Below, in pieces: positions 48,175-58,481 of a stretch of 64,000 nucleotides of DNA. The notes beneath the pieces are model-generated. The model had not been told where the DNA came from. It made no database searches and saw only the letters and a program-made list of their open reading frames with translations. This stretch comes from Minisyncoccia bacterium. Lineage in GTDB: Bacteria; Patescibacteriota; Minisyncoccia; Phycocordibacterales; UBA9973. Position numbers and translations under genes: made by a program. The stretch is taken from assembly GCA_049303835.1 (NCBI GenBank), contig JBAQNN010000004.1, positions 2,784-66,783 on the forward strand. Reading direction: 5' to 3'. Position 1 is the stretch's first letter; every line of letters begins with the position of its first letter.

Positions 48175-48708
48175 ATGTCAAAAAAATTAATTGGATTGAT
48201 TGTCGTAGTTTTAGTACTAATAGGTGGATATTTTATTTTTGGTGGTAATAAAGACGCGGAAAATGAAGAACCTGGAAATACAAACGCGGAACAACAACAG
48301 ACTGGCAAGAAAATGGCTTTCTCTGAATTCTTGAAACAAGGAGGAGCTTATAAATGTGAGGTCAAGCAGTTTCTGAGCGATTTTGAAAACAGTGGAACGA
48401 TGTATGTAAGCGGAAAAAATTTGAGAGGAGAATTCAGCACCGTCGCCGAAGGCAAGACGATGCTTTCTTCATTTATTTCTCGTGACGGATATTCTTACAC
48501 TTGGTCTTCTTTGGCGCCTGGGATGGGCTTTAAAATAAAAGTTGCTGAAAATACCAAAACTACGGACACGACTACTGACACGAGTGGAGCATACGCCTGG
48601 GACGCAGACCAAATCGGTGATTATAATTGTGAAAACTGGGTAGTGGATACAGCAAAATTTGAACTACCAAAAGACATTACTTTCCAAGAAATCAAAACAA
48701 ACTACTAA
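48175..48708 (+). CDS. Membrane-anchored hypothetical protein
   Basis: Signal anchor. Confidence 0.4.
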   Translation: MSKKLIGLIVVVLVLIGGYFIFGGNKDAENEEPGNTNAEQQQTGKKMAFSEFLKQGGAYKCEVKQFLSDFENSGTMYVSGKNLRGEFSTVAEGKTMLSSFISRDGYSYTWSSLAPGMGFKIKVAENTKTTDTTTDTSGAYAWDADQIGDYNCENWVVDTAKFELPKDITFQEIKTNY

Positions 48709-48734
48709 AAATCTATTTTCTTCATTGTTAACAT

Positions 48735-49214
48735 ATGACAACAAAAACATTACTTAGTATCATCACTGGTATTTTTGTCCTCTCTATGAGTGCGTATTTC
48801 TTCGTTTCGCCAATTGCAACCCGCACGTTAGACAATACACTCGTTGCTCAAAATAGTGAAAACTATGTGGTGTCAACTTCTAGCACACCTACCGAAAAAT
48901 TAAGCCCCGTTCAAGAAACACAGCCCACCCCAAAGCCGACACCTACGACCCCCAAACCAAAACCTACCCCAGCCCCAGTCACGGGATATACAGCTAGTGA
49001 GGTTGCACTTCATGCTTCAGAAAACTCGTGTTGGTCTATTGTAAATAAGAGTGTGTACAATCTTACATCATATATTTCACGTCACCCGGGTGGTGCAAAA
49101 AAAATATTGCGTATATGTGGCATAGATGGCACCAGTGCGTTTGAAGGACAACATGCTGGAGAGTCTAGTCCAGAAAAAACATTAAAGGGATATTATATAG
49201 GGCTACTTAAATAA
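48735..49214 (+). CDS. Membrane-anchored cytochrome b5-like heme-binding domain protein
   Basis: Pro/Thr linker followed by SEVALHASENSCW...HPGG. Confidence 0.6.
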   Translation: MTTKTLLSIITGIFVLSMSAYFFVSPIATRTLDNTLVAQNSENYVVSTSSTPTEKLSPVQETQPTPKPTPTTPKPKPTPAPVTGYTASEVALHASENSCWSIVNKSVYNLTSYISRHPGGAKKILRICGIDGTSAFEGQHAGESSPEKTLKGYYIGLLK

Positions 49215-49215
49215 T

Positions 49216-49632
49216 ATGAATTTTATTACACTACATCTTGTGGCCCTTATCATTACCGCCCCGGTCGTATTATATGCAGATCATATGGGTTTTAAGTATC
49301 TCACAGGTAGGACACCAACCATCAGCGCAAAGAAACTGGCATGGACGCATCACCTCGTGACTATCGGCCTCATCCTTCTGATTGTTAGCGGTATTATCAT
49401 CACAGTCCCCTTGTGGGCCATAATGTTTGAGAAGCCTTTATTCTATGCGAAACTTGCATTCGTTTGCACACTTGCAACTAATGGATTCTTTATTGGAAAA
49501 CTTATGAAAAAGGCGTCGGTGATCCCGTTCGCAGACCTTTCGGTAGAAGAAAAACGGCTTCTTTTTGTTTCCGGAATGGTATCCGCCTGTAGTTGGGGAA
49601 CAACAATTCTTATTGGATTTTTTGGTCTTTAA
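49216..49632 (+). CDS. 4-TM membrane protein, probably co-transcribed with the cyt-b5 gene
   Basis: 2-nt intergenic gap. Confidence 0.4.
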   Translation: MNFITLHLVALIITAPVVLYADHMGFKYLTGRTPTISAKKLAWTHHLVTIGLILLIVSGIIITVPLWAIMFEKPLFYAKLAFVCTLATNGFFIGKLMKKASVIPFADLSVEEKRLLFVSGMVSACSWGTTILIGFFGL

Positions 49633-49641
49633 TTTTTAGAT

Positions 49642-51318
49642 TTATTTCTTCCCTCGGCCATAGCTACGAGACTGTTTTCCTATACAAGCTTTTATAAAAG
49701 CTGAAAAAAGTGGGTGCGGAGAAAGTGGATGCGCTAAAAACTCCGGATGAAATTGAGTGCCTAGGAAAAACGGGTGCTTGCTCTTTGGAAGTTCTGCTAT
49801 TTCCATCAAATGCCCATCTGGAGAACGTCCAGAGAAGACGAGACCTTTTGCTTCCAGATCTCCGATAAATGAAGGGTTTACCTCGTAGCGATGACGGTGT
49901 CTCTCTACCACTTCTTTCTTACCATAACTATTTCTGGCGATAGTCCCCTCACGCAAAATAGCCTTGTATGCTCCCAGACGCATAGACCCTCCGTATAGAT
50001 TATTTTTCAAATTTTCTTTTTGGGATTCCATCACGTCAATCACCATATTTTTGGAATTTGGATTTACTTCTCTGGTATTCGCGTCTTTCAATCCCAAAAT
50101 ATTACGCGCATACTCTATCACCATCATCTGCATACCATAACAAAGCCCAAAATACGGAATCTTGTTTTCTCTCGCAAATTTTATCGCGCTCAGATTTCCT
50201 TCCACTCCTCTCTTACCGAAACCGCCGGGCACGATGATGCCGTCATATTTCTTTAGCTCTTTCAATTTTTCCGGATGCTCTTCAAAATCCACGGAGCTCA
50301 ACCAAGAAATTATCGGTTTCCTGTTTTGCGCGTAAGCCGAATATTTGAGTGCTTCAATGACAGAGAGGTAGGAATCCGACAGCATATAGTCTCCGGATTC
50401 AAAATATTTCCCCACCATCGCTATCTTTACCGTCTGTTTGCCGTTATGTGAATGTTTGGCAAAATTTTTCCAAGCATTCCAAGCTGCGACGTCCGGGCTT
50501 TTCTTTGGAAGATCCAAAATATCGCAAATTTTTTCAGATAATTTTTCTTTTTCAAAATTAAGCGGAATATCATAAATACTATCTACATCCGGTGCAGAAA
50601 TTATGCGGTCAGATGAAATATTACAAAACATGGAAAGTTTTTCTTTTCTCTTTGCGTCCAAGACGGTGTCTGCTCTGGCGACAAGCATATCAGGAGAAAT
50701 TCCGGACGAATTCAAAGTACGGACAGCATATTGTGTCGGCTTCGTCTTCATCTCCCCCACTTTCCCTGGAGTAGGCAAATAAGAAACCATGGCAAAGAGG
50801 ACATCTTTAGGATTCTCAATTTTCATCATACGAGCCGCTTCCAAAAACAAAATATTCTGATATTCTCCGATGGTACCCCCTATTTCTATAATGACGATAT
50901 CCGCCTTGGCATTTACTCCCGCTTTTTTTATACGGTTTATCACCTCCATCGGAATATGAGGAACGACTTCCACACACTTTCCGCCGTATTCCAAATTTCT
51001 TTCTTTTTCAATAACTGTTTTGTAAACCCGACCGGTGGTCATGTAGTTTATACGGGTTAAATTCAGGTCCAAAAATCTCTCATAGTTGCCCATATCTTGA
51101 TCCGTTTCATCCCCGTCCGACAAAACAAAAACCTCACCGTGTTCAGTGGGGTTCATGGTGCCTGCGTCAACATTTACATATGGATCTATCTTTACTGAAG
51201 TAACATTGAAACCGCGATTCTTCAAAATAAGTCCTATAGAAGAGGCTGTAATACCTTTCCCTACTCCGGAAATAACACCCCCAACTACGAAAATATATTT
51301 GGTATTCTTCTTCTGCAT
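49642..51318 (-). CDS. pyrG: CTP synthase
   Basis: N-terminal synthetase domain plus GATase domain (GLCYGMQ). Confidence 0.9.
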   Translation of the reverse strand: MQKKNTKYIFVVGGVISGVGKGITASSIGLILKNRGFNVTSVKIDPYVNVDAGTMNPTEHGEVFVLSDGDETDQDMGNYERFLDLNLTRINYMTTGRVYKTVIEKERNLEYGGKCVEVVPHIPMEVINRIKKAGVNAKADIVIIEIGGTIGEYQNILFLEAARMMKIENPKDVLFAMVSYLPTPGKVGEMKTKPTQYAVRTLNSSGISPDMLVARADTVLDAKRKEKLSMFCNISSDRIISAPDVDSIYDIPLNFEKEKLSEKICDILDLPKKSPDVAAWNAWKNFAKHSHNGKQTVKIAMVGKYFESGDYMLSDSYLSVIEALKYSAYAQNRKPIISWLSSVDFEEHPEKLKELKKYDGIIVPGGFGKRGVEGNLSAIKFARENKIPYFGLCYGMQMMVIEYARNILGLKDANTREVNPNSKNMVIDVMESQKENLKNNLYGGSMRLGAYKAILREGTIARNSYGKKEVVERHRHRYEVNPSFIGDLEAKGLVFSGRSPDGHLMEIAELPKSKHPFFLGTQFHPEFLAHPLSPHPLFSAFIKACIGKQSRSYGRGKK

Positions 51319-51351
51319 ACTTTACAACTTTATCAACTTTCTACTTTATAA

Positions 51352-52275
51352 CTATTTGTTAAGGTATTTTCTAATTGCCAGTAAACTGGAAACAACACCT
51401 AGGATTATACCCGATAATAAAAGTATTGCAAAAATTTGGAAAAAACTAGACAGATAGTACTGATACATATTGATACCGAGAAAATTCGTCATCGCACTTC
51501 CGAGCCAAGCAGTGATAGGTAAGAAAATCACGAGTGTAATCATAGTAGCTACTACACCATAGATCGCCCCTTCCACCATAAAAGGTCCACGCACATGCAT
51601 CTTGGATGCCCCGACTAGGCGCATTACTCCGATCTCTTCTTTGGAAATGAAGATAGTCAAGCGAATGGTATTGAAAGTGATAATCATAGTGATGATGACT
51701 GAAATTAGAGTGAGGAGAAAACCGAGCCTCTGCGCTCCGGAGATAATGGTATTTAACCTATTTATTACCAACTTATTCTGATGGTAATTTACTTTATCCA
51801 CGATAGATCCTCCACCGGGGGTAAGTGAATTATCGGACTTCATAAAGTTTGCGATATCTTCATATTGAGAAACTTCTTTGGCTTTGATGTTGAGATATGC
51901 ACCGAGCGGGTTGTCCCCTATCTCATCCAAGGCTTGGATAGTGGGATAATCATTCTGATGGCGTTCACGGAAAATTCTAAGAGCCTCATCCGCACTAGTG
52001 TAAGAAATGTGCGCCACTTCTGGCAACTTTTCCAAAGAAGATTTGAGCTCCATAATTTTTTCTTCCGAAGCACCAATAGTGAAATAAATAGTCACATCCA
52101 CTTTATCTTTTATTTGGTTGAGTGAAAAGTGTAAAACTGCTTGCAGTAAGATAATGGCCGTGATGACAGAGAGGGTGATGGTGACGACCAAGACAGCCGC
52201 CCAAGAAATGATTCCACTTCTTTTAAAGTTTAGAAATCCGCCCTTGATTATTCTTCTGAATGTAGTCATTGCCAT
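51352..52275 (-). CDS. ftsX: Cell-division ABC permease FtsX
   Basis: FtsX topology and motifs. Confidence 0.8.
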   Translation of the reverse strand: MAMTTFRRIIKGGFLNFKRSGIISWAAVLVVTITLSVITAIILLQAVLHFSLNQIKDKVDVTIYFTIGASEEKIMELKSSLEKLPEVAHISYTSADEALRIFRERHQNDYPTIQALDEIGDNPLGAYLNIKAKEVSQYEDIANFMKSDNSLTPGGGSIVDKVNYHQNKLVINRLNTIISGAQRLGFLLTLISVIITMIITFNTIRLTIFISKEEIGVMRLVGASKMHVRGPFMVEGAIYGVVATMITLVIFLPITAWLGSAMTNFLGINMYQYYLSSFFQIFAILLLSGIILGVVSSLLAIRKYLNK

Positions 52276-52299
52276 AAAAATATAAATTAATTATACCAC

Positions 52300-53004
52300 C
52301 TACTTGTTGTGTTTTGTATCCCTTACAATCTTCCCATTTTCCATCGTGATGACTCTCTTGTCCACAGACTCAATCACTCCGCGATTGTGTGTGGTCAAAA
52401 TCACCGTCGTGCCAAGATCATTTATTTTTTTTAAAATCTGCACTATCTCATAGGTATTGACTGGGTCCAGGTTGCCCGTGGGCTCGTCAGCGATGATGAG
52501 CTCGGGTTGGTTGATGATGGCTCGCGCTATGGCCAGGCGCTGTTGTTCTCCTCCTGACATTTGGTGAGGAAAATGATGGAGCTTTCCGCTCAAATCTACA
52601 AGTTCCAAGACATGCGGAACATCACACATTATTTCTTCTTCAGTTTTTCCGACTGCCTCCATGGCAAAAGCAATATTTTCATAAGCAGTCTTGTTTGAGA
52701 GCAATTTGTAATCTTGGAAAACCACTCCTATCCGTCGGCGGAGATCAGTCAATTCTTTACTTTTTAATTTATGCACGTTGATAGACTCAAAAAAGACCGT
52801 CCCGTCCGAAGGAAACTCATCTGCCAAGATCATTTTTACCAAAGTAGTCTTGCCTGCACCAGAATGCCCGACGATAGAAATAAATTCTCCTGGCTCTACA
52901 GTAAAAGTGATGCTGTTGAGTGCGACTGCGTCCTTATAATTTTTTGAAACATTGTTAAAATAAATCACGTTCTTAATCTTACCATAAATTCTTCTCCGCC
53001 TCAA
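52300..53004 (-). CDS. ftsE: Cell-division ATPase FtsE
   Basis: Walker [10 protein letters not shown]; signature [14 protein letters not shown]. Confidence 0.85.
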   Translation of the reverse strand: MRRRRIYGKIKNVIYFNNVSKNYKDAVALNSITFTVEPGEFISIVGHSGAGKTTLVKMILADEFPSDGTVFFESINVHKLKSKELTDLRRRIGVVFQDYKLLSNKTAYENIAFAMEAVGKTEEEIMCDVPHVLELVDLSGKLHHFPHQMSGGEQQRLAIARAIINQPELIIADEPTGNLDPVNTYEIVQILKKINDLGTTVILTTHNRGVIESVDKRVITMENGKIVRDTKHNK

Positions 53005-53866
53005 TGAACAAGTCTATCTCCCCATCCAAAACAGCATCCACATTGCTGGTTTCAGCATCTGTCCTGTGGTCTTTAACCATTTTGTATGGATGAAGTACAT
53101 ATGAACGAATCTGATTTCCCCACTCTATCTCTGTATTTTTTAGTTTTATACTTTCTTCTATACTTTTTTTCTCTTCTTCCGCTTTTTTGAAAATTTTCGC
53201 CCTTAGGATGGCCATAGCTCGTTCACGGTTATTCTCTTGTGACCGTTCTTCAGAAGAATGTACCGCTATCCCCGAAGGCAGATGCACTATTCTGACCGCT
53301 GTTTCTCTTTTATTTACATTCTGTCCTCCGGGGCCGGACGAACGGGAAAATTCTATCTTTAAATCCTGGGGCGGAATCACAAAATCTTTTTCTTCCAGTT
53401 TAGAAAATTTGGGCAAAACTTCAACAAGCACAAAGGATGTGTGGCGCAATTTTTTGGCATCAAATGGAGAGACCCGCACGAGCCTATGGACACCGGATTC
53501 TTTTTTTAGCATACCATATGTATTTTTCCCATCTATCTCAAAAGAAACATTCCTATATCCTCCACTGTTATTTTTATTTTCATGAATTAAAAAAACTTTC
53601 CAACCATTCTTGGTCGCATATTTCACATACATAGAGAAAAGCATAGCGCCGAAATCTTCTGCGTCTTCTCCACCGGCACCGGAAATGATAGTAATGATAG
53701 CATTACCTTTGTCATATTTATTCACTCCCTCCTTTCTGGCTTTTAAATCCGCCAACTCTTTTAAAACAATTTGCGCTTTATTTTTATCATTCCAAAAATC
53801 CGGAGACTGCATCTCTGCTTCAAGCTTTTTTATTTCATCTTCTATTTCATTTATGTCTTTCTCCAT
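52979..53866 (-). CDS. prfB: Peptide chain release factor 2 (short, apparently without programmed frameshift)
   Basis: SPF and GGQ motifs; gene begins immediately after the tRNAs. Confidence 0.85.
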   Translation of the reverse strand: MEKDINEIEDEIKKLEAEMQSPDFWNDKNKAQIVLKELADLKARKEGVNKYDKGNAIITIISGAGGEDAEDFGAMLFSMYVKYATKNGWKVFLIHENKNNSGGYRNVSFEIDGKNTYGMLKKESGVHRLVRVSPFDAKKLRHTSFVLVEVLPKFSKLEEKDFVIPPQDLKIEFSRSSGPGGQNVNKRETAVRIVHLPSGIAVHSSEERSQENNRERAMAILRAKIFKKAEEEKKSIEESIKLKNTEIEWGNQIRSYVLHPYKMVKDHRTDAETSNVDAVLDGEIDLFIEAEKNLW

Positions 53867-53882
53867 AATTTGAGTCCCGATG

Positions 53883-53953
53883 AGCCGAGAATGGGAATCG
53901 AACCCATGTTCCTACTTTACGAAAGTAGTGTTCTGCCACTGAACTATATCGGC
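53883..53953 (-). tRNA. tRNA-Thr (anticodon CGU)
   Basis: Hand-folded; T-loop TTCGATT; anticodon loop TTCGTAA; one U-C mismatch in the acceptor stem. Confidence 0.65.
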
Positions 53954-53960
53954 AATAGCA

Positions 53961-54036
53961 TGGAGCCGTTGATCGGGATTGAACCGATGACCTCGATATT
54001 ACCAATATCGTGCTCTACCAACTGAGCTACAACGGC
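53961..54036 (-). tRNA. tRNA-Thr (anticodon GGU), CCA encoded
   Basis: Hand-folded; GCTCAGTTGGTAGAGC D-arm; T-loop TTCAATC. Confidence 0.75.
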
Positions 54037-54229
54037 ATACCAACATACTAGTTTATTTTGACTAATTTTGCAAAAATTATTTTTATGATTTGAAACATAT
54101 TTTCCAATAAAAAAACAAACTGTGGATTGTGTGGATAGAGTGGATAAATATGTATTGTAGTTTTTGTTGGAAAAGTCTACTATTAAAAATAAGAAAAAAT
54201 ATTAAAATAAATTTTCTTAAAAAAATTAA

Positions 54230-54871
54230 ATGAAAATCAAAATTTTTAAAAGAGGATTAGTAGTAAGTTTTTTGGCCCTTTTTCTTTTCGTACAATTTTA
54301 TTCCTTGACTGAATATTCTTTCGCAGTAGTGGACAATGTCGTCGTCACCTTAGATGTTGACTCTGGAATCAGTATTTCAGATGGAGCAGCCGTCACCATG
54401 GCTCCCCATATCAGTATTTCTTCAAATAGTTCTATCGGCAGTTCTTCTTGGACAGTCATCACAAACGGAGCTAATGGATATTCTCTAGCAGTAAATGCCA
54501 GCACTGACCCAGCCCTAAAAAGCACCACCGATTCTTTTGCAAACTATACAGAAGCAGTAGCAGGAACCCCTGAAGCATGGTCTGTTCCTTCTGGAAGTAA
54601 AGAGTTTGGATATTCAGCCTATGGCACAGACACTTCTACTGTCACTTGGGGCGCAGCCGCTTCTTGCGGTGCAGCCGGTGTACCGAGTGGTACTCAAAAC
54701 TATGTTGGTTTTTTGCCGACTCCTACGACCAAGATAATCGCGACTAGAGCCACTGTCACTCCTTTCACTGGAGTAGCTACGACTATATGTTTCGCCGCCG
54801 AACAAGACGGTATCTTCGCTGCTGCCGGCACATACACCGCCACCATTACCGGTACTGCTGTAACTTTGTAA
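54230..54871 (+). CDS. Secreted beta-rich surface protein, WxL-domain-like (tentative), paralog of 55866..56648
   Basis: Signal peptide; SWTVITNG and DSFANYT blocks shared with the paralog. Confidence 0.4.
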   Translation: MKIKIFKRGLVVSFLALFLFVQFYSLTEYSFAVVDNVVVTLDVDSGISISDGAAVTMAPHISISSNSSIGSSSWTVITNGANGYSLAVNASTDPALKSTTDSFANYTEAVAGTPEAWSVPSGSKEFGYSAYGTDTSTVTWGAAASCGAAGVPSGTQNYVGFLPTPTTKIIATRATVTPFTGVATTICFAAEQDGIFAAAGTYTATITGTAVTL

Positions 54872-54878
54872 AAGCAAA

Positions 54879-55859
54879 ATGAGAACTTTCTTTATAAAAA
54901 GAACCTTCAACAGAGTACTTGTGCTATTTTTTTTGTTGAGTCTTTTTTTATTACCAAAACCGAGTGACGCTTACACAAAGACAAATATAAATGTAACTCC
55001 CCAAAATGACTTCGTCGTGGAACCAGGCAAAACAGAAGTCTTCCTAAATCCTGGAGAAAATATTGTAAAAAATATTTCAATCACTAATAGGATAAACAAG
55101 ACAGTCAAATTCAAACTAACTACCGAGGACTTCATCGGAACCGACAACGCCAAACAACCAGTTGTTTTATTGGGAGACACAAACAGTCCTTATTCACTTA
55201 AGGATTTTATCATTCCAGAGATAACGGAGTTTAGTTTAGAATTTGGAGAAAAGATTTCTATTCCTGTAAAAGTTTCCGTACCCCTAAATGCCGAACCGAG
55301 GGGCTACTATGGTGCGCTTATTATTTCAAATGATCCAGACAAACTTTCTCCGGAAGACAGCAAAGAAGCAGTCGGGCAGACACGCATAGTTTCTAGAATC
55401 GGTTCTCTCTTTTTACTTAGAATAAACGGCGAAGGAAAAGAGGAAGGAAATATTGAGGGTTTCAAGGTCATCGGTCCTGACAAGACGTTTTACAGCGAGA
55501 GACCGGAGGGTTTTGAAATTGCTTTTAAAAATACTGGGAACGTGCACTTGGTACCTCACGGAACCATCACAATCAGAAATATATTCAAACAAGTTTTAAA
55601 AACCATACCAGTAGACGCATATTTTGTGTTGCCAGAATCTACCCGATATCAAGAAATCCATTGGGAAGATGGTTTTAGCGTCGGCCGTTATACAGCGAAC
55701 CTCTCGCTATACAAAGGTTATGGCGAGGAGTTTACCGAAGCGCAAATATCTTTTTGGATAATTCCTTGGAAGATTCTCTTGCCGATAGCTATCGCTATCC
55801 TGCTAGTAGTGATGATCCTATACTATATGCTGACACGATTTGAATTAAGAAAAAAATAA
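54879..55859 (+). CDS. Surface protein with C-terminal TM anchor (DUF916/DUF3324-like, tentative)
   Basis: Signal peptide; C-terminal WIIPWKILLPIAIAILLVV anchor plus basic tail. Confidence 0.4.
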   Translation: MRTFFIKRTFNRVLVLFFLLSLFLLPKPSDAYTKTNINVTPQNDFVVEPGKTEVFLNPGENIVKNISITNRINKTVKFKLTTEDFIGTDNAKQPVVLLGDTNSPYSLKDFIIPEITEFSLEFGEKISIPVKVSVPLNAEPRGYYGALIISNDPDKLSPEDSKEAVGQTRIVSRIGSLFLLRINGEGKEEGNIEGFKVIGPDKTFYSERPEGFEIAFKNTGNVHLVPHGTITIRNIFKQVLKTIPVDAYFVLPESTRYQEIHWEDGFSVGRYTANLSLYKGYGEEFTEAQISFWIIPWKILLPIAIAILLVVMILYYMLTRFELRKK

Positions 55860-55865
55860 TTTAAA

Positions 55866-56648
55866 ATGAAATTTTTTATGCCCCCTTTCAAAAGAAGAAG
55901 CCTGGAAATTTTTTCACTTTTCTTGTTTTTTATTTTGATATCTGCATTTCCTACATACTTGCTTTTTGCGCAAGTGATGGAAAGTGGTACTTACAAAATA
56001 CAGACTGACAGCATAAACTTTGGAGGAGAGAGTTCCTCTAGTGCTAACTACAATCTAAATGACACATTGGGAGAAGTGGCTACTGGAGAGTCCAACAGCG
56101 CAAATTATTACATGCACGCCGGATATTGGCAGATGCAAGAGAGCTACATCTCTATCACCAGCCCATCCGATCTAGCCTTGGCAAACATTGGAGGCATCAC
56201 CGGAGAAAATAGCGAAGGATTATTATCCTGGCAAGTCATCACAGACAATACTGCCGGTTATACGATGACCATAAAGACAAATACCACTCCCGCCCTCACT
56301 TCAGCCCTAGACTCTTTTGCAGACTACACTCCAGCCGGAGCGGATCCGGATTATGATTTCTCTATTTCCCCTCTCATCTCCGCTTTTGGTTTTTCTCCAG
56401 AGGGAACGGATACAAACAATCGTTTCAAAGACAACGGCGCCACTTGCAACATCGGCACGGGAGAAACGGTGGGCAAATGCTGGGACGGGCTTTCTACTTC
56501 CCCCAAAGACATCGCCGGCAAGACTAGTAGCAACCATCCGAGTGGCAGTACGGTGGATGTGCGTTTCCGTGTAGAATCCGGTTCTAGTCACATCCAAACT
56601 TCTGGTAGTTATTCTGCTTCAATAATTGTAACTGCATTAACCTTGTAA
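55866..56648 (+). CDS. Secreted WxL-like paralog
   Basis: SWQVITDNTAGYTMTI and DSFADYT blocks. Confidence 0.4.
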   Translation: MKFFMPPFKRRSLEIFSLFLFFILISAFPTYLLFAQVMESGTYKIQTDSINFGGESSSSANYNLNDTLGEVATGESNSANYYMHAGYWQMQESYISITSPSDLALANIGGITGENSEGLLSWQVITDNTAGYTMTIKTNTTPALTSALDSFADYTPAGADPDYDFSISPLISAFGFSPEGTDTNNRFKDNGATCNIGTGETVGKCWDGLSTSPKDIAGKTSSNHPSGSTVDVRFRVESGSSHIQTSGSYSASIIVTALTL

Positions 56649-56658
56649 TATCGTTTTT

Positions 56659-57951
56659 ATGCTAAAAAAATTTTCCCTTTTTATTTTAATAATATTCTCT
56701 CTTTTTCTTTTCACTAAAAATATTTCCCAAGCTGAGACCAACGGCATTGAGGTAAATTTAGGAGTTGAAGGTTGCAACAACAACGGCATATGTGAAATAG
56801 GAGAAAATCTGACTAGTTGCCCCGCAGATTGCACTGTCGTTCCTACTCCAGATTCAGGCACCACCAGTGGCAGTATTCCAAAAAACCTATATATCTACAA
56901 TCTTTCTATCAAACCGGATTTTAATAGTGCGATTATATCTTGGGATAGCTCTATTGGTACTATCAGTACTCTAAAGTGGGGAGAAACTCCAGAAGTGAAG
57001 GCCGGCATTTTGAGCAATGTCGCTTTCGCCGTAAAACATAAAGTGGAAATAATAAATCTCAAACCGGGCACGATGTATTATTTTACCATAGAGAGCCTAG
57101 GCACCAATGAAAAAACAGATATCTATCCTCCTACTTATTTTTTTACAAAATTTTTAATTGATACGACATTCCCTCTAGCTCCACGCAATGTGAAAACTTC
57201 GGCCGACATCACTGGCATCTCTATCACTTGGGACAATCCGCCAGATGATAATTTTTCTTATATTCGGATCATGAGACATGAAGATCGTTTTCGTGGAGAT
57301 CCATTTTTAGGAAAATTAATTTATGAAGGAAGTAAAGAAGCCACACTGGACACAGAGGTGACTCCGGGTAAAAAATATTTTTATACTTTATTTGCTAGAG
57401 ACAACAAAGGAACTTATTCTTCGGGTGTAGGAGTGTCTCAAATTGCATATTCTCCGGAGACGACGACGCCAATAATTGAAACTCCTCCGAAAATTTCTTT
57501 ATCGGAAAATTTTTTCTTGCACCAATACAACCAAGCTGTTGAATTATTATCAAATAAAAATTTGATAAATGTTGAGAGTGAAAAAAGCACTGTCATAGAT
57601 ACAAACTTAAAAACTTATCCCGATGATCTGATAGAAATCAAAAACACGGATGGCGAAGTCATCGGCAGATATTTATTTTCATTTAATAAAGACAGCGGAC
57701 GCTTCCAAGGCGTGCTCCCACCCCTAGAAAAAAATAAAACTTTCTACATAGAAGTGTACCGGTACGAAGACGGAGTAAAGACAAAAATCAGCGAAGGTTC
57801 TATAAAAGTAAGGGAAGAAGGGGGACCAAAAATTCCATCATCTTACAATGAACTTTATATTTATTATCTCGCTTTGGGCTTTTCCCTCTTGATTTTGCTG
57901 TTTTTTATGCTCTTTTTGCTAAAACGAAGGAAAAAAGACCAACAAAAATAA
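56659..57951 (+). CDS. Surface protein with FN3-like modules and C-terminal TM anchor with KRRKK tail
   Basis: Signal peptide; ISWDSS and ITWDNPPDD FN3-like modules; C-terminal anchor. Confidence 0.5.
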   Translation: MLKKFSLFILIIFSLFLFTKNISQAETNGIEVNLGVEGCNNNGICEIGENLTSCPADCTVVPTPDSGTTSGSIPKNLYIYNLSIKPDFNSAIISWDSSIGTISTLKWGETPEVKAGILSNVAFAVKHKVEIINLKPGTMYYFTIESLGTNEKTDIYPPTYFFTKFLIDTTFPLAPRNVKTSADITGISITWDNPPDDNFSYIRIMRHEDRFRGDPFLGKLIYEGSKEATLDTEVTPGKKYFYTLFARDNKGTYSSGVGVSQIAYSPETTTPIIETPPKISLSENFFLHQYNQAVELLSNKNLINVESEKSTVIDTNLKTYPDDLIEIKNTDGEVIGRYLFSFNKDSGRFQGVLPPLEKNKTFYIEVYRYEDGVKTKISEGSIKVREEGGPKIPSSYNELYIYYLALGFSLLILLFFMLFLLKRRKKDQQK

Positions 57952-58113
57952 GACTTTTTTAGGAAAAAAATTAAAAGACATGAAATGTGGATAACTAGTG
58001 GATATCCTGTGTATTTCCTATTATAATATAAGGGTATAAATAAATATCGGATAAACGAGAAAGCATTTTTTTGAATCTCGGACATCCTAGAAATTATTAT
58101 ATATCTATATAAA

Positions 58114-58473
58114 ATGGAAAATCTTAAAAAAGCTATTCCCCTAAATCAGGCATCTAAAATTTCTGGATACCATTCAGACTATTTAAGCGCTCTCATCCGC
58201 AAGGGTGAGCTAAAAGGAGAGAAAATCGGAGGAAGTTGGTTCACCTCCGAAGAAGCGATCAAAGATTACGTCTTTAAACAAAAGGTCCGCCACAAGAAGC
58301 TCGCTGTCGTGGACTTCCTCTCCCCCACCAGGACACGCAAAATATTTATTTTGGCTACCATAATTTTCTTTAGCATTATTTTGTCCGGAATTTATTTTTA
58401 CGGGAAAAATACAAAGATAATTGTAGAAGAAGAGAGAAAGACTCTCTCTTCTGAGGTGGAAATAATAAATTAA
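58114..58473 (+). CDS. Excisionase-family HTH domain fused to a TM helix
   Basis: ASKISGYHSDYLSALIRKGELKGEKIGGSWF. Confidence 0.5.
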   Translation: MENLKKAIPLNQASKISGYHSDYLSALIRKGELKGEKIGGSWFTSEEAIKDYVFKQKVRHKKLAVVDFLSPTRTRKIFILATIIFFSIILSGIYFYGKNTKIIVEEERKTLSSEVEIIN

Positions 58474-58481
58474 AATTGTAA

